DNA from: an uncultured Chthonomonadaceae bacterium
GTDB taxonomy: Bacteria; Armatimonadota; Chthonomonadetes; Chthonomonadales; Chthonomonadaceae
Direction: 5' to 3'
Length of the DNA stretch: 64,000 bases
NCBI GenBank assembly: GCA_963817895.1
Contig: CAWFQB010000002.1
Span: 288,001-352,000 of the forward strand
Shown one piece after another: positions 28,811-37,647 of the stretch. Under the pieces are notes generated by a model that saw nothing but the letters and a program-made list of their open reading frames with translations, had not been told where the DNA came from and did no database searches. Numbering within the stretch: position 1 is the first letter of the stretch; every line of letters begins with the position of its first letter. Both the position numbers and the translations under genes were made by a program.

Positions 28811-30265
28811 TCAGGCGGTGACGGCTTCGCTGTTGCGCTTGCGGACTTCGGCTTTGCGATCCTTGACGTAGCCTGCGAACTCCATACCTTCGCGGATGCG
28901 GCGCTTGAACATCTGCCGCTCGGTCAGCATTTCGGCAATCATGCGGGCGTACACTTTTGGACGGAAGTAGAACCGCTTGTACATGCGTTCTACCGCGTCC
29001 TCGATCTCCGCCGTTGACATATCCGGGTATTGCAGCGTACTCGTCTGGATGCCCGAACCCGAAATCAGGCCGTCGCGGGCGAACCAGTTGTTCGCCAGCG
29101 CCTGATCGTACAGTTCCGTGCCGGGATAGGGCGCGGCAATGGACACCTGAATCGTGTGCGGGTCCAGTTCCTGCGCGAAGCGAATGGTCTCCTCGACCGT
29201 TTCTTTGGTTTCCACGGGCAGGCCGATGATGAACGTGCCATGCACCTTGATGCCCAGTTTCTTGCAGTTCGCCATGAACTCGCGCGCCATGTCCAGCTTG
29301 ATGCCCTTTTTAATCCGGTTCAGAATCTCCTGATTGCCCAACTCGAAGCCGACAAGGAGCAGGCGCAGGCCATTGTCGCGCAGTTCCTTGAGCGTGTCGT
29401 AATCTACATGGGCGCGGGCGTTGCACGACCACGTAAAGTTGTTGCGCTTCATGTGCTTGCTGATTTCGATGGCGCGGGCCTTGTTAATGGTGAACGTGTC
29501 GTCGTCGAACATGTACTCGCGCACTTTGTCGCCCCAGATAGCTTTGGCCTCGTCCAGTTCGCGCCCCACGCACTCCGGGCTTTTGGTGCGGTACTGATGC
29601 CCGCCGATGGTTTGCGGCCACAGACAGAAGGTGCATTTGGCGGGACAGCCGCGCCCCGTGTACCACGACACATACGGGTGCAGCAGATAGCCGATAAAGT
29701 ATTTGGTGATGTCCAGATTGGCGGCATACGTGGGCAGCACGGACGGCATCAAATCCCAATCGGGAACCAGTTCGCGGTCTTCGTTGCGCTGTATAATGCC
29801 GTTCTTGTCGCGGTAGGAAAGCCCGGTGATGGCGCTCCAATCGCGGTCTTCCGCCAGTTCCTTGCAGGTATAGTCGAATTCGTGGCGGCACACGAAGTCC
29901 ATGATCTTATTTTCGCGCAGGGTTTGTTCGGGCAAAACGGCGACATGCGCCCCGATGAAGCCCACTTTCACGTTCGGGTTCTGCGCTTTCAGCTGGCGGG
30001 CGCACTCGACATCGTTGGCAAGAGACGGCGTACTCGTGTGCATGACAACCAGTTCGTAATCTTTGGCGATTTTGAGAATCTCGTCCTGCGTCTGGTGATG
30101 GGGCGGCGCGTCAATGAGTTTGCTGCCGGGTACGAGCGCGGCGGGTTGCGCCAGCCACGTCGGATACCAGTAGGAGGTAATTTCGCGTTTGGCCTGATAG
30201 CGCGAACCGGCGCCGCCGTCGAAGCCGTCAAATGAGGGTGGGCTGAGAAAAAGCGTTTTTAACAC
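28811..30265 (-). CDS. hpnJ: Hopanoid biosynthesis-associated radical SAM protein HpnJ
   Basis: N-terminal PPSFDGFDGGAGSRYQAKREI...WYPTWLAQPAAL, CPAKCTFC radical-SAM motif, FYFRP; AGGAG RBS before GTG. Confidence 0.9.
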   Translation of the reverse strand: MLKTLFLSPPSFDGFDGGAGSRYQAKREITSYWYPTWLAQPAALVPGSKLIDAPPHHQTQDEILKIAKDYELVVMHTSTPSLANDVECARQLKAQNPNVKVGFIGAHVAVLPEQTLRENKIMDFVCRHEFDYTCKELAEDRDWSAITGLSYRDKNGIIQRNEDRELVPDWDLMPSVLPTYAANLDITKYFIGYLLHPYVSWYTGRGCPAKCTFCLWPQTIGGHQYRTKSPECVGRELDEAKAIWGDKVREYMFDDDTFTINKARAIEISKHMKRNNFTWSCNARAHVDYDTLKELRDNGLRLLLVGFELGNQEILNRIKKGIKLDMAREFMANCKKLGIKVHGTFIIGLPVETKETVEETIRFAQELDPHTIQVSIAAPYPGTELYDQALANNWFARDGLISGSGIQTSTLQYPDMSTAEIEDAVERMYKRFYFRPKVYARMIAEMLTERQMFKRRIREGMEFAGYVKDRKAEVRKRNSEAVTA

Positions 30266-30494
30266 TGCGGGGAGTCTCCTTAAAAAACCGCGCGCCTGCC
30301 GCAAACGAGCAGGTTTGGCGGTGGGAAATGGGCGAATTCTGTGCTGATAGTATACCAACAAACCTCTGTTTCTGCCTACATTTGCCGCCCCTGCGCTTCG
30401 AATCATGCGGTATCGCGCCCTGCAAACGCCAAAAACCGCTTTGCAAGCCAATTCTACTCGCAAAGCGGTGTGAAACTACGTTTGAGAACATTCG

Positions 30495-31274
30495 TTACAG
30501 GGAGGAGGTATCGCTGCGCTTGTCCGCTATTTCCGCCCCTCCCGCATACACATGTCCCATACCCCCGGACGGCAGAGGTTCTTCCACAATCAGGGGCGTT
30601 TCCGTATGTTCCACCCCGACAGCAGATACATGTTCCACGCCGGAAGCGGGTACAGGTTGGGACGTATGAGAAGCGGACAGGGGTTCTGGCGCGTTGGACG
30701 CCGGTACGGGCCGCATTAGAACGCTGCTGTCTGTCGGCGAAACAAGTCCCTGCTGCATGTACTGCGCCCCGCGCTCATCAATGTTGACCGCGCCCCGTTT
30801 CTCCATGATATGCGCGATTTCCACCGCCTGCGCGTCCTCGGTACGGACGGCAACCAGCGTCGCGCCCTGCCGTATGCCTTCCCGGTAATACATGGCGTCT
30901 TCAAGGGGAATGCCCGCGCCCGTCAAGCCGCCGACTAATCCGCCTGCCGCCGCGCCAACTGCCGCGCCCGCCAGAACCGAAACCAGCCATCCCGCCGCTA
31001 CAATGGTTCCAAAACCGGGAATCACCAGTCCTGTCAGCGCCATGAACAGGCCGGTCGCGCCGCCAATCGCCGCGCCCGCTGTGGCGTCCGTCGCGATTAC
31101 TTCGGTCATGCTCTCCGCCGCGCTTGCCGAACCGGTCGAATACTGGTCGGCGTGCTTGCTTTCCGGGTCCACCGCGACGCTGATCGCCGCCCGCGAGATG
31201 CCCGCCGCTTCTAATCCGCGCACCGCGCTTTGCGCATCCTCCGCATGGTCAAACATGCCCACAATGGTTTTCAT
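30495..31274 (-). CDS. General stress protein-like membrane protein (YflT/17M-like, glycine zipper)
   Basis: MKTIVGMFD...ISV, GAAIGG/IPGFG/GAAVGAAAGGLVGGL, YREGIRQGATLVAV; AAGGAG RBS. Confidence 0.8.
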   Translation of the reverse strand: MKTIVGMFDHAEDAQSAVRGLEAAGISRAAISVAVDPESKHADQYSTGSASAAESMTEVIATDATAGAAIGGATGLFMALTGLVIPGFGTIVAAGWLVSVLAGAAVGAAAGGLVGGLTGAGIPLEDAMYYREGIRQGATLVAVRTEDAQAVEIAHIMEKRGAVNIDERGAQYMQQGLVSPTDSSVLMRPVPASNAPEPLSASHTSQPVPASGVEHVSAVGVEHTETPLIVEEPLPSGGMGHVYAGGAEIADKRSDTSSL

Positions 31275-31344
31275 ACGACGCTCCTTCAATGAACCGCGAA
31301 ACACGCGAAATAAACGAAAAAAGACAAAAAGAGAATAGACAGGA

Positions 31345-32088
31345 TTAACAGGATTTCTCAGGATTGACAGGATGAACCGCCAAAATGTTCTTCTGTCTTG
31401 TTTTCCTCTCCTCTTCTCCTCTTCTCCTTTTCTCCTTTTCTCCTTTTCTCTCCTCCCGCAGACACGCATAGCGGTGCTGTTCGCGGTCTATGGAGTTGCT
31501 CTGGTTGTCGAAACTGTGCGGCTTGCGGTAAATGGGATGGTGGGCGCACTCATAGAAAAACTCGAAACGGTCTATGTCAGGTTTGCCTTTGGAAAAGTCG
31601 CGCAAATGCTCCTGCGCCGATTGTAGATGATAACAGACGGCGCGTTGCGTGACGCCTAAACTTGCGGCGATTTGCTGCTGTGTTTCTCCCGCCAGCGTCC
31701 GCAGCAGGCACTCGTACTGGCGGGCGGTCAGGTCAACGGCGGCAATGCGCTGATACAGGCGTCGGCGCAGGGCGGCTTTTCGGGCGGCTTCCCGTTCGCC
31801 TTTCGCTTCGCGCTCTACGGGCAAGTCGTCGCCGTCAACACTGTCTTCGCGGCGAATACGAAGCCGGCGAAAGTGCAGGCGCAGCAGGTTTTCCAGAATG
31901 CCTTTCAGCCACGCCACAAGGTCGCGCTCGCTCCGATAAACGGCGAGGGAGTGACGCGCCTGCACGAAACAGCCGCTCACCAAATCTTGCGCGTCCTCAA
32001 AAGACACCCGCCGCTGCGTGTACGCTTCCAGCAGGGGGCGAAGCCGCGAAAAGCGCGCGTCAAATTCTGCAACCGAAAGCTGGGGCAT
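31345..32088 (-). CDS. Sigma-70 (ECF-like) RNA polymerase sigma factor
   Basis: Region 2-like EDAQDLVS...F...AWLKGILEN; region 4/HTH LTARQYECL...TQQQIAASLGVTQRAV; C-terminus runs into GA-rich repeats. Confidence 0.7.
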   Translation of the reverse strand: MPQLSVAEFDARFSRLRPLLEAYTQRRVSFEDAQDLVSGCFVQARHSLAVYRSERDLVAWLKGILENLLRLHFRRLRIRREDSVDGDDLPVEREAKGEREAARKAALRRRLYQRIAAVDLTARQYECLLRTLAGETQQQIAASLGVTQRAVCYHLQSAQEHLRDFSKGKPDIDRFEFFYECAHHPIYRKPHSFDNQSNSIDREQHRYACLREERKGEKEKRRRGEEERKTRQKNILAVHPVNPEKSC

Positions 32089-32152
32089 GTCGTAATCTCC
32101 TTCAAAGCATGTAGACATAATAGAGCAGACATAAGTATCAAATCGCATCAGC

Positions 32153-32220
32153 ATTGTACCAAAATGGCGCAGGGTTGTCAAGAGTTTCGGCTTGCATTTT
32201 CGGGTATTTCGCATCATAAT
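32153..32220. promoter_or_regulatory. Back-to-back sigma70 promoters between the sigma gene and the XRE gene
   Basis: Minus strand TTGACA (32181-32176) - 17 - TACAAT (32158-32153); plus strand TTGCAT (32192) - 17 - CATAAT (32215). Confidence 0.7.
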
Positions 32221-32249
32221 GTTTCAAATCAAATCGGGACGGTATCAGA

Positions 32250-32597
32250 ATGGAACATTCACAACAGGAAATCGGAAAACGCATCAAGTCACGCCGAGAG
32301 TATCTGCGTCTCAGCCAGACAGCGCTGTCGGAACTCGCCGGAGTCAGCCGCGTGACCATCTCCAACTGGGAGCGCGGTGAGCGCAGCATCAATGCTTCGG
32401 AACTGCCCGCTCTGGCGTCCGCCTTAAAGGTTCCGCTGGCGTACTTTTACGGGGATGAAGAGGTTGAAGCCCCGCTCATCAACTCGTACTACAGCGGCCT
32501 GTCTGCCGCCCGCCGCGCCACTGCCGACGAAATCATCCGCGCCCTGTGGCTGGAGGACCAGCAGGGCGAAACCACGCAGGGGAAGAAAGCGGAATGA
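32250..32597 (+). CDS. XRE/Cro-CI family HTH repressor
   Basis: IGKRIKSRR...LSQTALSELAGVSRVTISNWERGER...LASALKV. Confidence 0.9.
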   Translation: MEHSQQEIGKRIKSRREYLRLSQTALSELAGVSRVTISNWERGERSINASELPALASALKVPLAYFYGDEEVEAPLINSYYSGLSAARRATADEIIRALWLEDQQGETTQGKKAE

Positions 32598-32678
32598 GTT
32601 GTTAGGTTGTTAGGTTGTTAGTTGTTAGGTTGTTAGGTTTCAGAATTTTCCCCTACTAACAACTAACAACCTGACAAC
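32598..32678. repeat. (GGTTGTTA)n...(TAACAACC)n inverted tandem-repeat element
   Basis: Fills the gap from the XRE stop codon to the next RBS; same family at 33896-34022 and 43894-44007. Confidence 0.85.
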
Positions 32679-32691
32679 TCGGAGAAACACG

Positions 32692-33219
32692 ATGGAAGAC
32701 GAAACCTGGGGGGATGTGGCGGATTGGGAAACGTGGCAGGAGCGGGAAGCGGCGATTATCGCGCAGGATATTTGCGCCCGCAACTATGGACGCTGGCCGG
32801 TCAGCCTTGTGGAGTGGCAGGAAGCGGCGGCAAGGTACGGCCTGCATCTGCATATCGTTGCCGCCGACCTGTCCGAACCCGCCGTAACGCTGGATACGAC
32901 CATTGTGGTGCGGCACACGAACAAAGCGGGCGTACTGCAAAAGCGTATCTGCCATGAGATTGCCGAGGCCGTCGCGTACCGCGAAGGCGCGCCCCGTCCC
33001 TTCCAATTCGACAGCCCCGCCGACGAACACCATAATGTGGCGCGATTGGTAGAACGGGGCATCGCGTCGTATATGCAGAAAGAGAAACAGGCCAGTCTGA
33101 AGCGCGAAAAACTGCTTCAGTCGAAACGGGACAAATTGCGGCAACGGTTGCGGCGCATCGAAGAAGAGTTACAGGCGGAAGCCGAGCGATTGGAAGCTGC
33201 CGAAGCCCAATTAGATTAA
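32692..33219 (+). CDS. ImmA/IrrE-like (DUF955) metallopeptidase-fold protein with C-terminal coiled coil
   Basis: WPVSLVEW...AARYGL...IVV...KRICHEIAE (HExxH-like with the last H replaced by E); located directly after the XRE gene. Confidence 0.55.
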   Translation: MEDETWGDVADWETWQEREAAIIAQDICARNYGRWPVSLVEWQEAAARYGLHLHIVAADLSEPAVTLDTTIVVRHTNKAGVLQKRICHEIAEAVAYREGAPRPFQFDSPADEHHNVARLVERGIASYMQKEKQASLKREKLLQSKRDKLRQRLRRIEEELQAEAERLEAAEAQLD

Positions 33220-33333
33220 GCGGATTGCGCGAACCCAATCGGGATTTCAACCGTCCTATACGTTGAAGCGCAATCATGCCGGACGCGCGCTCTACGTTTT
33301 AATTTTTCCAAATGAGATTGAATCCGATATAGA

Positions 33334-33900
33334 ATGGAAACCGCTATGGCCGATACCCTGCAATGCAAGCACTGTGGCGAAATGAATCCTGTGACGACGG
33401 CTACCTGCCTCAACTGCCACACGCCCCTGACGGCCTACGGCGGGCAGGTGGGACAGGAGGAGAACTATGTCACGCGCTCCGATAAACAGATTGAAGCGCT
33501 GGAACAGCGTCCGCCCTTTGTCGCCGCCATGACCTGCTTTAATGTCCTGTTCGCGCTGGCCGTGCCGCTGTGGTCCACAATTTCGGCGTGGACAGCCCGC
33601 CCCAAAGTAAATGAGGAGGGTACGAACGCCATTCAATCGGCGGCGGGAACCCTTGTGCCGATTATCTACACGCTCACTCTGCTGCCGGTTGCCGCGCTTT
33701 TGTGCATTATCGCGTACTTTACCTGGACGCAACGGCCCTGGGCTTGGACCGCGAACGCCTTTGTTCTGGGCGGCATGGCCCTGCTTGCGGTTCTGCTGCA
33801 CGGCTTTGCGCTTTCCACCCTCATCTGGATTGCCATTATCGGCGTTTTCGCCTTCCTGTGGTTCCAAAAACCGGTGAAGGCGTGGTTCGCGCTAGATTAG
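33334..33900 (+). CDS. Zinc-ribbon membrane protein
   Basis: CKHC...CLNC at the N-terminus followed by about four hydrophobic segments. Confidence 0.7.
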   Translation: METAMADTLQCKHCGEMNPVTTATCLNCHTPLTAYGGQVGQEENYVTRSDKQIEALEQRPPFVAAMTCFNVLFALAVPLWSTISAWTARPKVNEEGTNAIQSAAGTLVPIIYTLTLLPVAALLCIIAYFTWTQRPWAWTANAFVLGGMALLAVLLHGFALSTLIWIAIIGVFAFLWFQKPVKAWFALD

Positions 33901-34022
33901 GTTATTAGGTTATTAGGTTGTCAGGTTGTTAGGTTCCTTTGTTGTTCGGGTTGTTGCAGGCAAGAACATCGTGATACTTCGGTTTTCCTAACAACTAACA
34001 ACCTAACAACTAACAACCTAAC
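33896..34022. repeat. (GGTT(G/A)TTA)n...(TAACAAC)n inverted tandem-repeat element
   Basis: Lies between a stop codon and the next GGAG RBS. Confidence 0.85.
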
Positions 34023-34036
34023 TCTCGGAGATTGCT

Positions 34037-34696
34037 ATGACTGCTATTCGCGGGGCGCTTTGTGATATAGACGGGACGCTGGTTGACAGCAACGACGCCA
34101 ACGCGAAAGCGTTTGCGCAGTCGTTTCAGGAGTATGGGCTGGATATACCTTTTGAGAAGATACGCCCGCTGATTGGTAAGGGGAGCGACAAGCTGCTGCC
34201 GGAAGTGGCGGGGCTGGACAGCGAAAGCGAAAAGGGCAAAAATCTGCTCGCGCGGCGTAAAGAAATATACCTGCAAGAGTACGTGCCACATCTAAAACCG
34301 ACGCCGGGAGCGCGGGAATTGCTGGAACGCTTAAAAAATGAGAAAATTCTCATTGTCGCCGCCACTTCCGGGGAGGAAGAAACCGATGCCGCGCTGAAAC
34401 AAGTAGGGCTGCTGGAGTTTCTCGACAACAAGGCGTCGTCTAAAGATACGTCCAACTCCAAACCGGACCCGGACATTATTCAGGCCGCATTGAAGAAGGG
34501 CGGCTTGCAGGCTGGCGAGTGTATCATGATTGGGGACACGCCCTACGATCTGGAAGCGGCTAAAAAAGCCGGCGTACCGGCGATTGCGTTGCTGACAGGC
34601 GGCTGGAAACCCGAAGATTTAGCGCAGGCCGTCGCCATCTACGCCACGCCCGCCGATCTGCTTGCGCATTTTGAAGAAGTATTTACGACAAAGTGA
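34037..34696 (+). CDS. HAD family hydrolase
   Basis: DIDGTLVDS, ATS, KPDPD, IGDTPYD. Confidence 0.92.
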   Translation: MTAIRGALCDIDGTLVDSNDANAKAFAQSFQEYGLDIPFEKIRPLIGKGSDKLLPEVAGLDSESEKGKNLLARRKEIYLQEYVPHLKPTPGARELLERLKNEKILIVAATSGEEETDAALKQVGLLEFLDNKASSKDTSNSKPDPDIIQAALKKGGLQAGECIMIGDTPYDLEAAKKAGVPAIALLTGGWKPEDLAQAVAIYATPADLLAHFEEVFTTK

Positions 34697-34769
34697 GAGT
34701 GAGAGTAGACAGGAATTTACTCTCACTCTCCACTTTTAACCACTCTCACTTGTATCAAAGGAGTTTGAC

Positions 34770-36032
34770 ATGGCTACTCTCGCCGTAAGCAACATGACCC
34801 GTAAGGAAGAGACACTGGCGGAACTCGCCGCCACCGTCGCGCATCCGCCCGCCCGCGTTCCCATGCCGGCCAGCGACCCCGCGCTTGCGAAATTGAGCGC
34901 GTTGGGAACCCAGCTCTGGCTCGACACGGGCAATCTGGAAGAGGCCAGTAAACTGTGGCGGCGGGAAATGTCCGCCCTGACCACCAACAACACGCTCGCC
35001 AATCAGGTGGTGCAGACCGGCATCATGGACGATGACATTCAGGAAGCGGCCAAACGCATCAAGGACGTGGAACCCGGCATTTCCGATGAAGACATGGTAA
35101 TGGACATCGCGTTCGTGGTCAACTGCCACATCGCGCTGCGGCTTGTCCATGCCTTTGACGCCCTTGTCAGCGTGGAACTGCATCCGGGTATCGGCTACGA
35201 CATCGAGAAAACCGTTCGCTACGCGCAGCGGTATTACGCCGTCAACCCGGATCGCTTTATCGTGAAAATCCCCATGACGCCCGAAGGTTTTTGCGCGGTG
35301 GCCCGCGTCCGGCAGGAGGGCATCCCGATCAACTATACGCTCGGCTTCTCCGCGCGGCAGAACTATCTCGCGGCCCTGCTGTCCAAGCCGAACTACTGCA
35401 ACGTGTTTTTGGGACGCTTGAACGCGGTTGTGGCGGATAACAAACTCGGCGACGGCAAATTCGTGGGCGAAAAAACCACGATCGCTTCGCAGACAGGGGT
35501 TCGGGAACTGCGGGAAGCGCACGACGACATTCCCACGCACCAGATTGCCGCGTCCATGCGCAGCGCCGATCAGATGCTGTCGCTGGCGGGTCTGGACGTG
35601 TACACCATTCCGCCCAAAGCCGTGGAAGAGTTCTACAAGAACAACGCGAACCCGGATGACATCGTGGGCCGGATGCAGGAAAATTACGAGGTGAAACTGG
35701 GCAACGACACGGACAAATCCAGCGTGGAAGTGCTGTGGACAATTGACGATGCGTTCAAGAAGTTCGCGCAGGAACTCGCGAACCGGGGTGGCGCGAACCT
35801 GACCGGCGATGATCTGCGGCAGGCGGACAAGGATCACGGCACGAAACTGTTCAGCGGCTTTACGAAGGAAGAGGCCGCCGAAATCAGCAAAAAAGGCAAA
35901 ATCCCCGACACGGCGCGATGGGCAGGCCGCGCCGCGCTCGACGACGTGATGACCGAATCCGCGCTGCAATCGTTCATCATAGATCAGGGCGCATTGGACG
36001 CCCGCATCCGTCAAGTCGCCGCCAAAATCTAG
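34770..36032 (+). CDS. Transaldolase family protein
   Basis: LWLDTG, TTNNTL, VSVEL, Schiff-base IVKIPMT, INYTLGFS, FLGRL, IAASMR. Confidence 0.8.
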   Translation: MATLAVSNMTRKEETLAELAATVAHPPARVPMPASDPALAKLSALGTQLWLDTGNLEEASKLWRREMSALTTNNTLANQVVQTGIMDDDIQEAAKRIKDVEPGISDEDMVMDIAFVVNCHIALRLVHAFDALVSVELHPGIGYDIEKTVRYAQRYYAVNPDRFIVKIPMTPEGFCAVARVRQEGIPINYTLGFSARQNYLAALLSKPNYCNVFLGRLNAVVADNKLGDGKFVGEKTTIASQTGVRELREAHDDIPTHQIAASMRSADQMLSLAGLDVYTIPPKAVEEFYKNNANPDDIVGRMQENYEVKLGNDTDKSSVEVLWTIDDAFKKFAQELANRGGANLTGDDLRQADKDHGTKLFSGFTKEEAAEISKKGKIPDTARWAGRAALDDVMTESALQSFIIDQGALDARIRQVAAKI

Positions 36033-36190
36033 CCTCTTCTCTGCTTCCAAATTCTGAAACCCGGCGATGACCATTGTGTTCTCGCCGGGTTTTCATAGGT
36101 GTAGAGACAAATTGAAGGAGTATACTGATCGGCGGCATTGTCGCAATGCCTTTCGCCAGAAGCCTTGCGATCTATTGGTGGGATAAAAAT

Positions 36191-36349
36191 CAGTGCGCGA
36201 ACCGAGGGACACATAAGTTCGACCTTCGGTTCGCGCACTTTTTTGCGTGATTACCGGAAAAAGGTGTCATTTGGAAAACTTTTTTAGAAATTCGCGTAAA
36301 ATAGGGTGAACAGGCAGGAGGAAAGGGGCAGGGAAGGCGCGAATATACC
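36191..36349 (+). promoter_or_regulatory. CRISPR leader
   Basis: Non-coding, partly AT-rich region upstream of the first intact repeat, with inverted repeat gtgcgcgaaccga...tcggttcgcgcac. Confidence 0.65.
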
Positions 36350-36919
36350 GTCGCAACGACTGTAAACCTCTCACGGGGATTGAAACGAGTCCCATTGGCC
36401 GGTTATAGAGTATCGCGCGAAGTGTGTCGCAACGACTGTAAACCTCTCACGGGGATTGAAACGAGTAGTCGGGCGGCTCGTCGGGAAACCGCCCTTTGTG
36501 TCGCAACGACTGTAAACCTCTCACGGGGATTGAAACATGGACATGCTCTTTACCTCAACCCGCATGATGTACTCGTCGCAACGACTGTAAACCTCTCACG
36601 GGGATTGAAACGTGCAGATGTTGCGCGTTGTCCAGGCAGAAAGGTCATTGCTGTCGCAACGACTGTAAACCTCTCACGGGGATTGAAACTGGGTTTGTCC
36701 CCGTATACAGGTACAAGGCGCAAAACGGGTCGCAACGACTGTAAACCTCTCACGGGGATTGAAACGAAATTTGAAACAAACCGCTTTCAGTTGTTCAACC
36801 GTCGGGTCGCAACGACTGTAAACCTCTCACGGGGATTGAAACAGTATCCGGGCTGTCGAACGCCGCATAGATAGTCTGCATGGTCGCAACGACTGTAAAC
36901 CTCTCGCGTTATGGACGGG
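36350..36919 (+). CRISPR. CRISPR array: 37-bp repeat GTCGCAACGACTGTAAACCTCTCACGGGGATTGAAAC, 7 intact + 1 degenerate repeat, 7 spacers of 37-41 bp
   Basis: Repeats start at 36350, 36426, 36500, 36575, 36653, 36729, 36806 and 36883 (degenerate 3' half); ATTGAAAC 3' end. Confidence 0.97.
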
Positions 36920-36929
36920 AGGTTTGGAC

Positions 36930-37559
36930 ATGTTGAAGCGTTACAAAGCGGGTGTCGCGTTTGCCTGCGCTGCAATTGGGGGAGTGTGCTGTCCGGCTCA
37001 ATCGCAGGTGATTTACCAATCTGCGATTGCAGGACCACTGGCGAATACAGGCTTGTTCGTGGATAACAGTCAAATTCTCGGTGTCCGTTTTACCACGACG
37101 CAGGCGTATCGTGTCACCAACATCCGTTTCAATGTCTCAGGCAACGGCACACTGTTCGCTGCCATCAACCCCCTTAACGCTGCCACTCCGTTTCCTGCCA
37201 ATCGGAACTTGAGCGACGCCGTGTTTGCCACAACCTTTACGCCTGCCGGTGGCGTCAGTTCTGTTCTCGCCATTCCCGCTCACGCTGTTTTGTTCCCCGG
37301 AACGTACTCGCTGCTTATCGGGTCGGGGTTGTTTGGGGCCACCGGGAATGGATTGGCTCCCTCCAATGCCACCGACATCGGAACGCCCCGTTACTTTTAT
37401 TCCAATTTGAACGGATTTATTGACGGCGGGTTTTCGTCCGCGCTGTTTGAAGTGGAGGGCGTACCCACCGTTCCCGAACCCGGCAGCGTCGCATTGCTCA
37501 CGGGAATAGCCGTCACGGGCGCGGCCCTCCTTGCCCGCCGCAAACGCGGGAATAGTTGA
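36930..37559 (+). CDS. PEP-CTERM sorting domain protein
   Basis: N-terminal signal peptide; C-terminal VPEPGSVALL + transmembrane helix + RRKR. Confidence 0.9.
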   Translation: MLKRYKAGVAFACAAIGGVCCPAQSQVIYQSAIAGPLANTGLFVDNSQILGVRFTTTQAYRVTNIRFNVSGNGTLFAAINPLNAATPFPANRNLSDAVFATTFTPAGGVSSVLAIPAHAVLFPGTYSLLIGSGLFGATGNGLAPSNATDIGTPRYFYSNLNGFIDGGFSSALFEVEGVPTVPEPGSVALLTGIAVTGAALLARRKRGNS

Positions 37560-37647
37560 CTTCTTTATCGCGGGTTTCGCGGTTCCTCTCCTCTTTTCTA
37601 TTCCCTCTCTGTAAAACCTCTGTATCTCTGCGCCTCTGTGGTGAGTA

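Noticed and set aside
27412..28997. Diversity-generating retroelement TR/VR pair
   Set aside because: The differences are not confined to adenines of one copy (A>G, G>A and T>C all occur), they are nearly all synonymous, and no reverse transcriptase is present.
31345..33900. Prophage or ICE
   Set aside because: Only a repressor-like module is present; no integrase, terminase, capsid, relaxase or att-linked tRNA.
29030..36074. Long antisense ORFs (29030-30235, 34755-36074 and similar)
   Set aside because: Typical stop-poor shadows of GC-rich genes with no recognisable motifs.
36134..36150. GTCGCAA upstream of the leader as an extra degenerate repeat or tracrRNA
   Set aside because: Only 7 bp match, embedded in a local GGCATTG/CAATGCC hairpin; no class 2 effector nearby.
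36380..36874. 164-aa ORF with repeated VATTVNLSRGLK
   Set aside because: Artefact of translating the CRISPR array.
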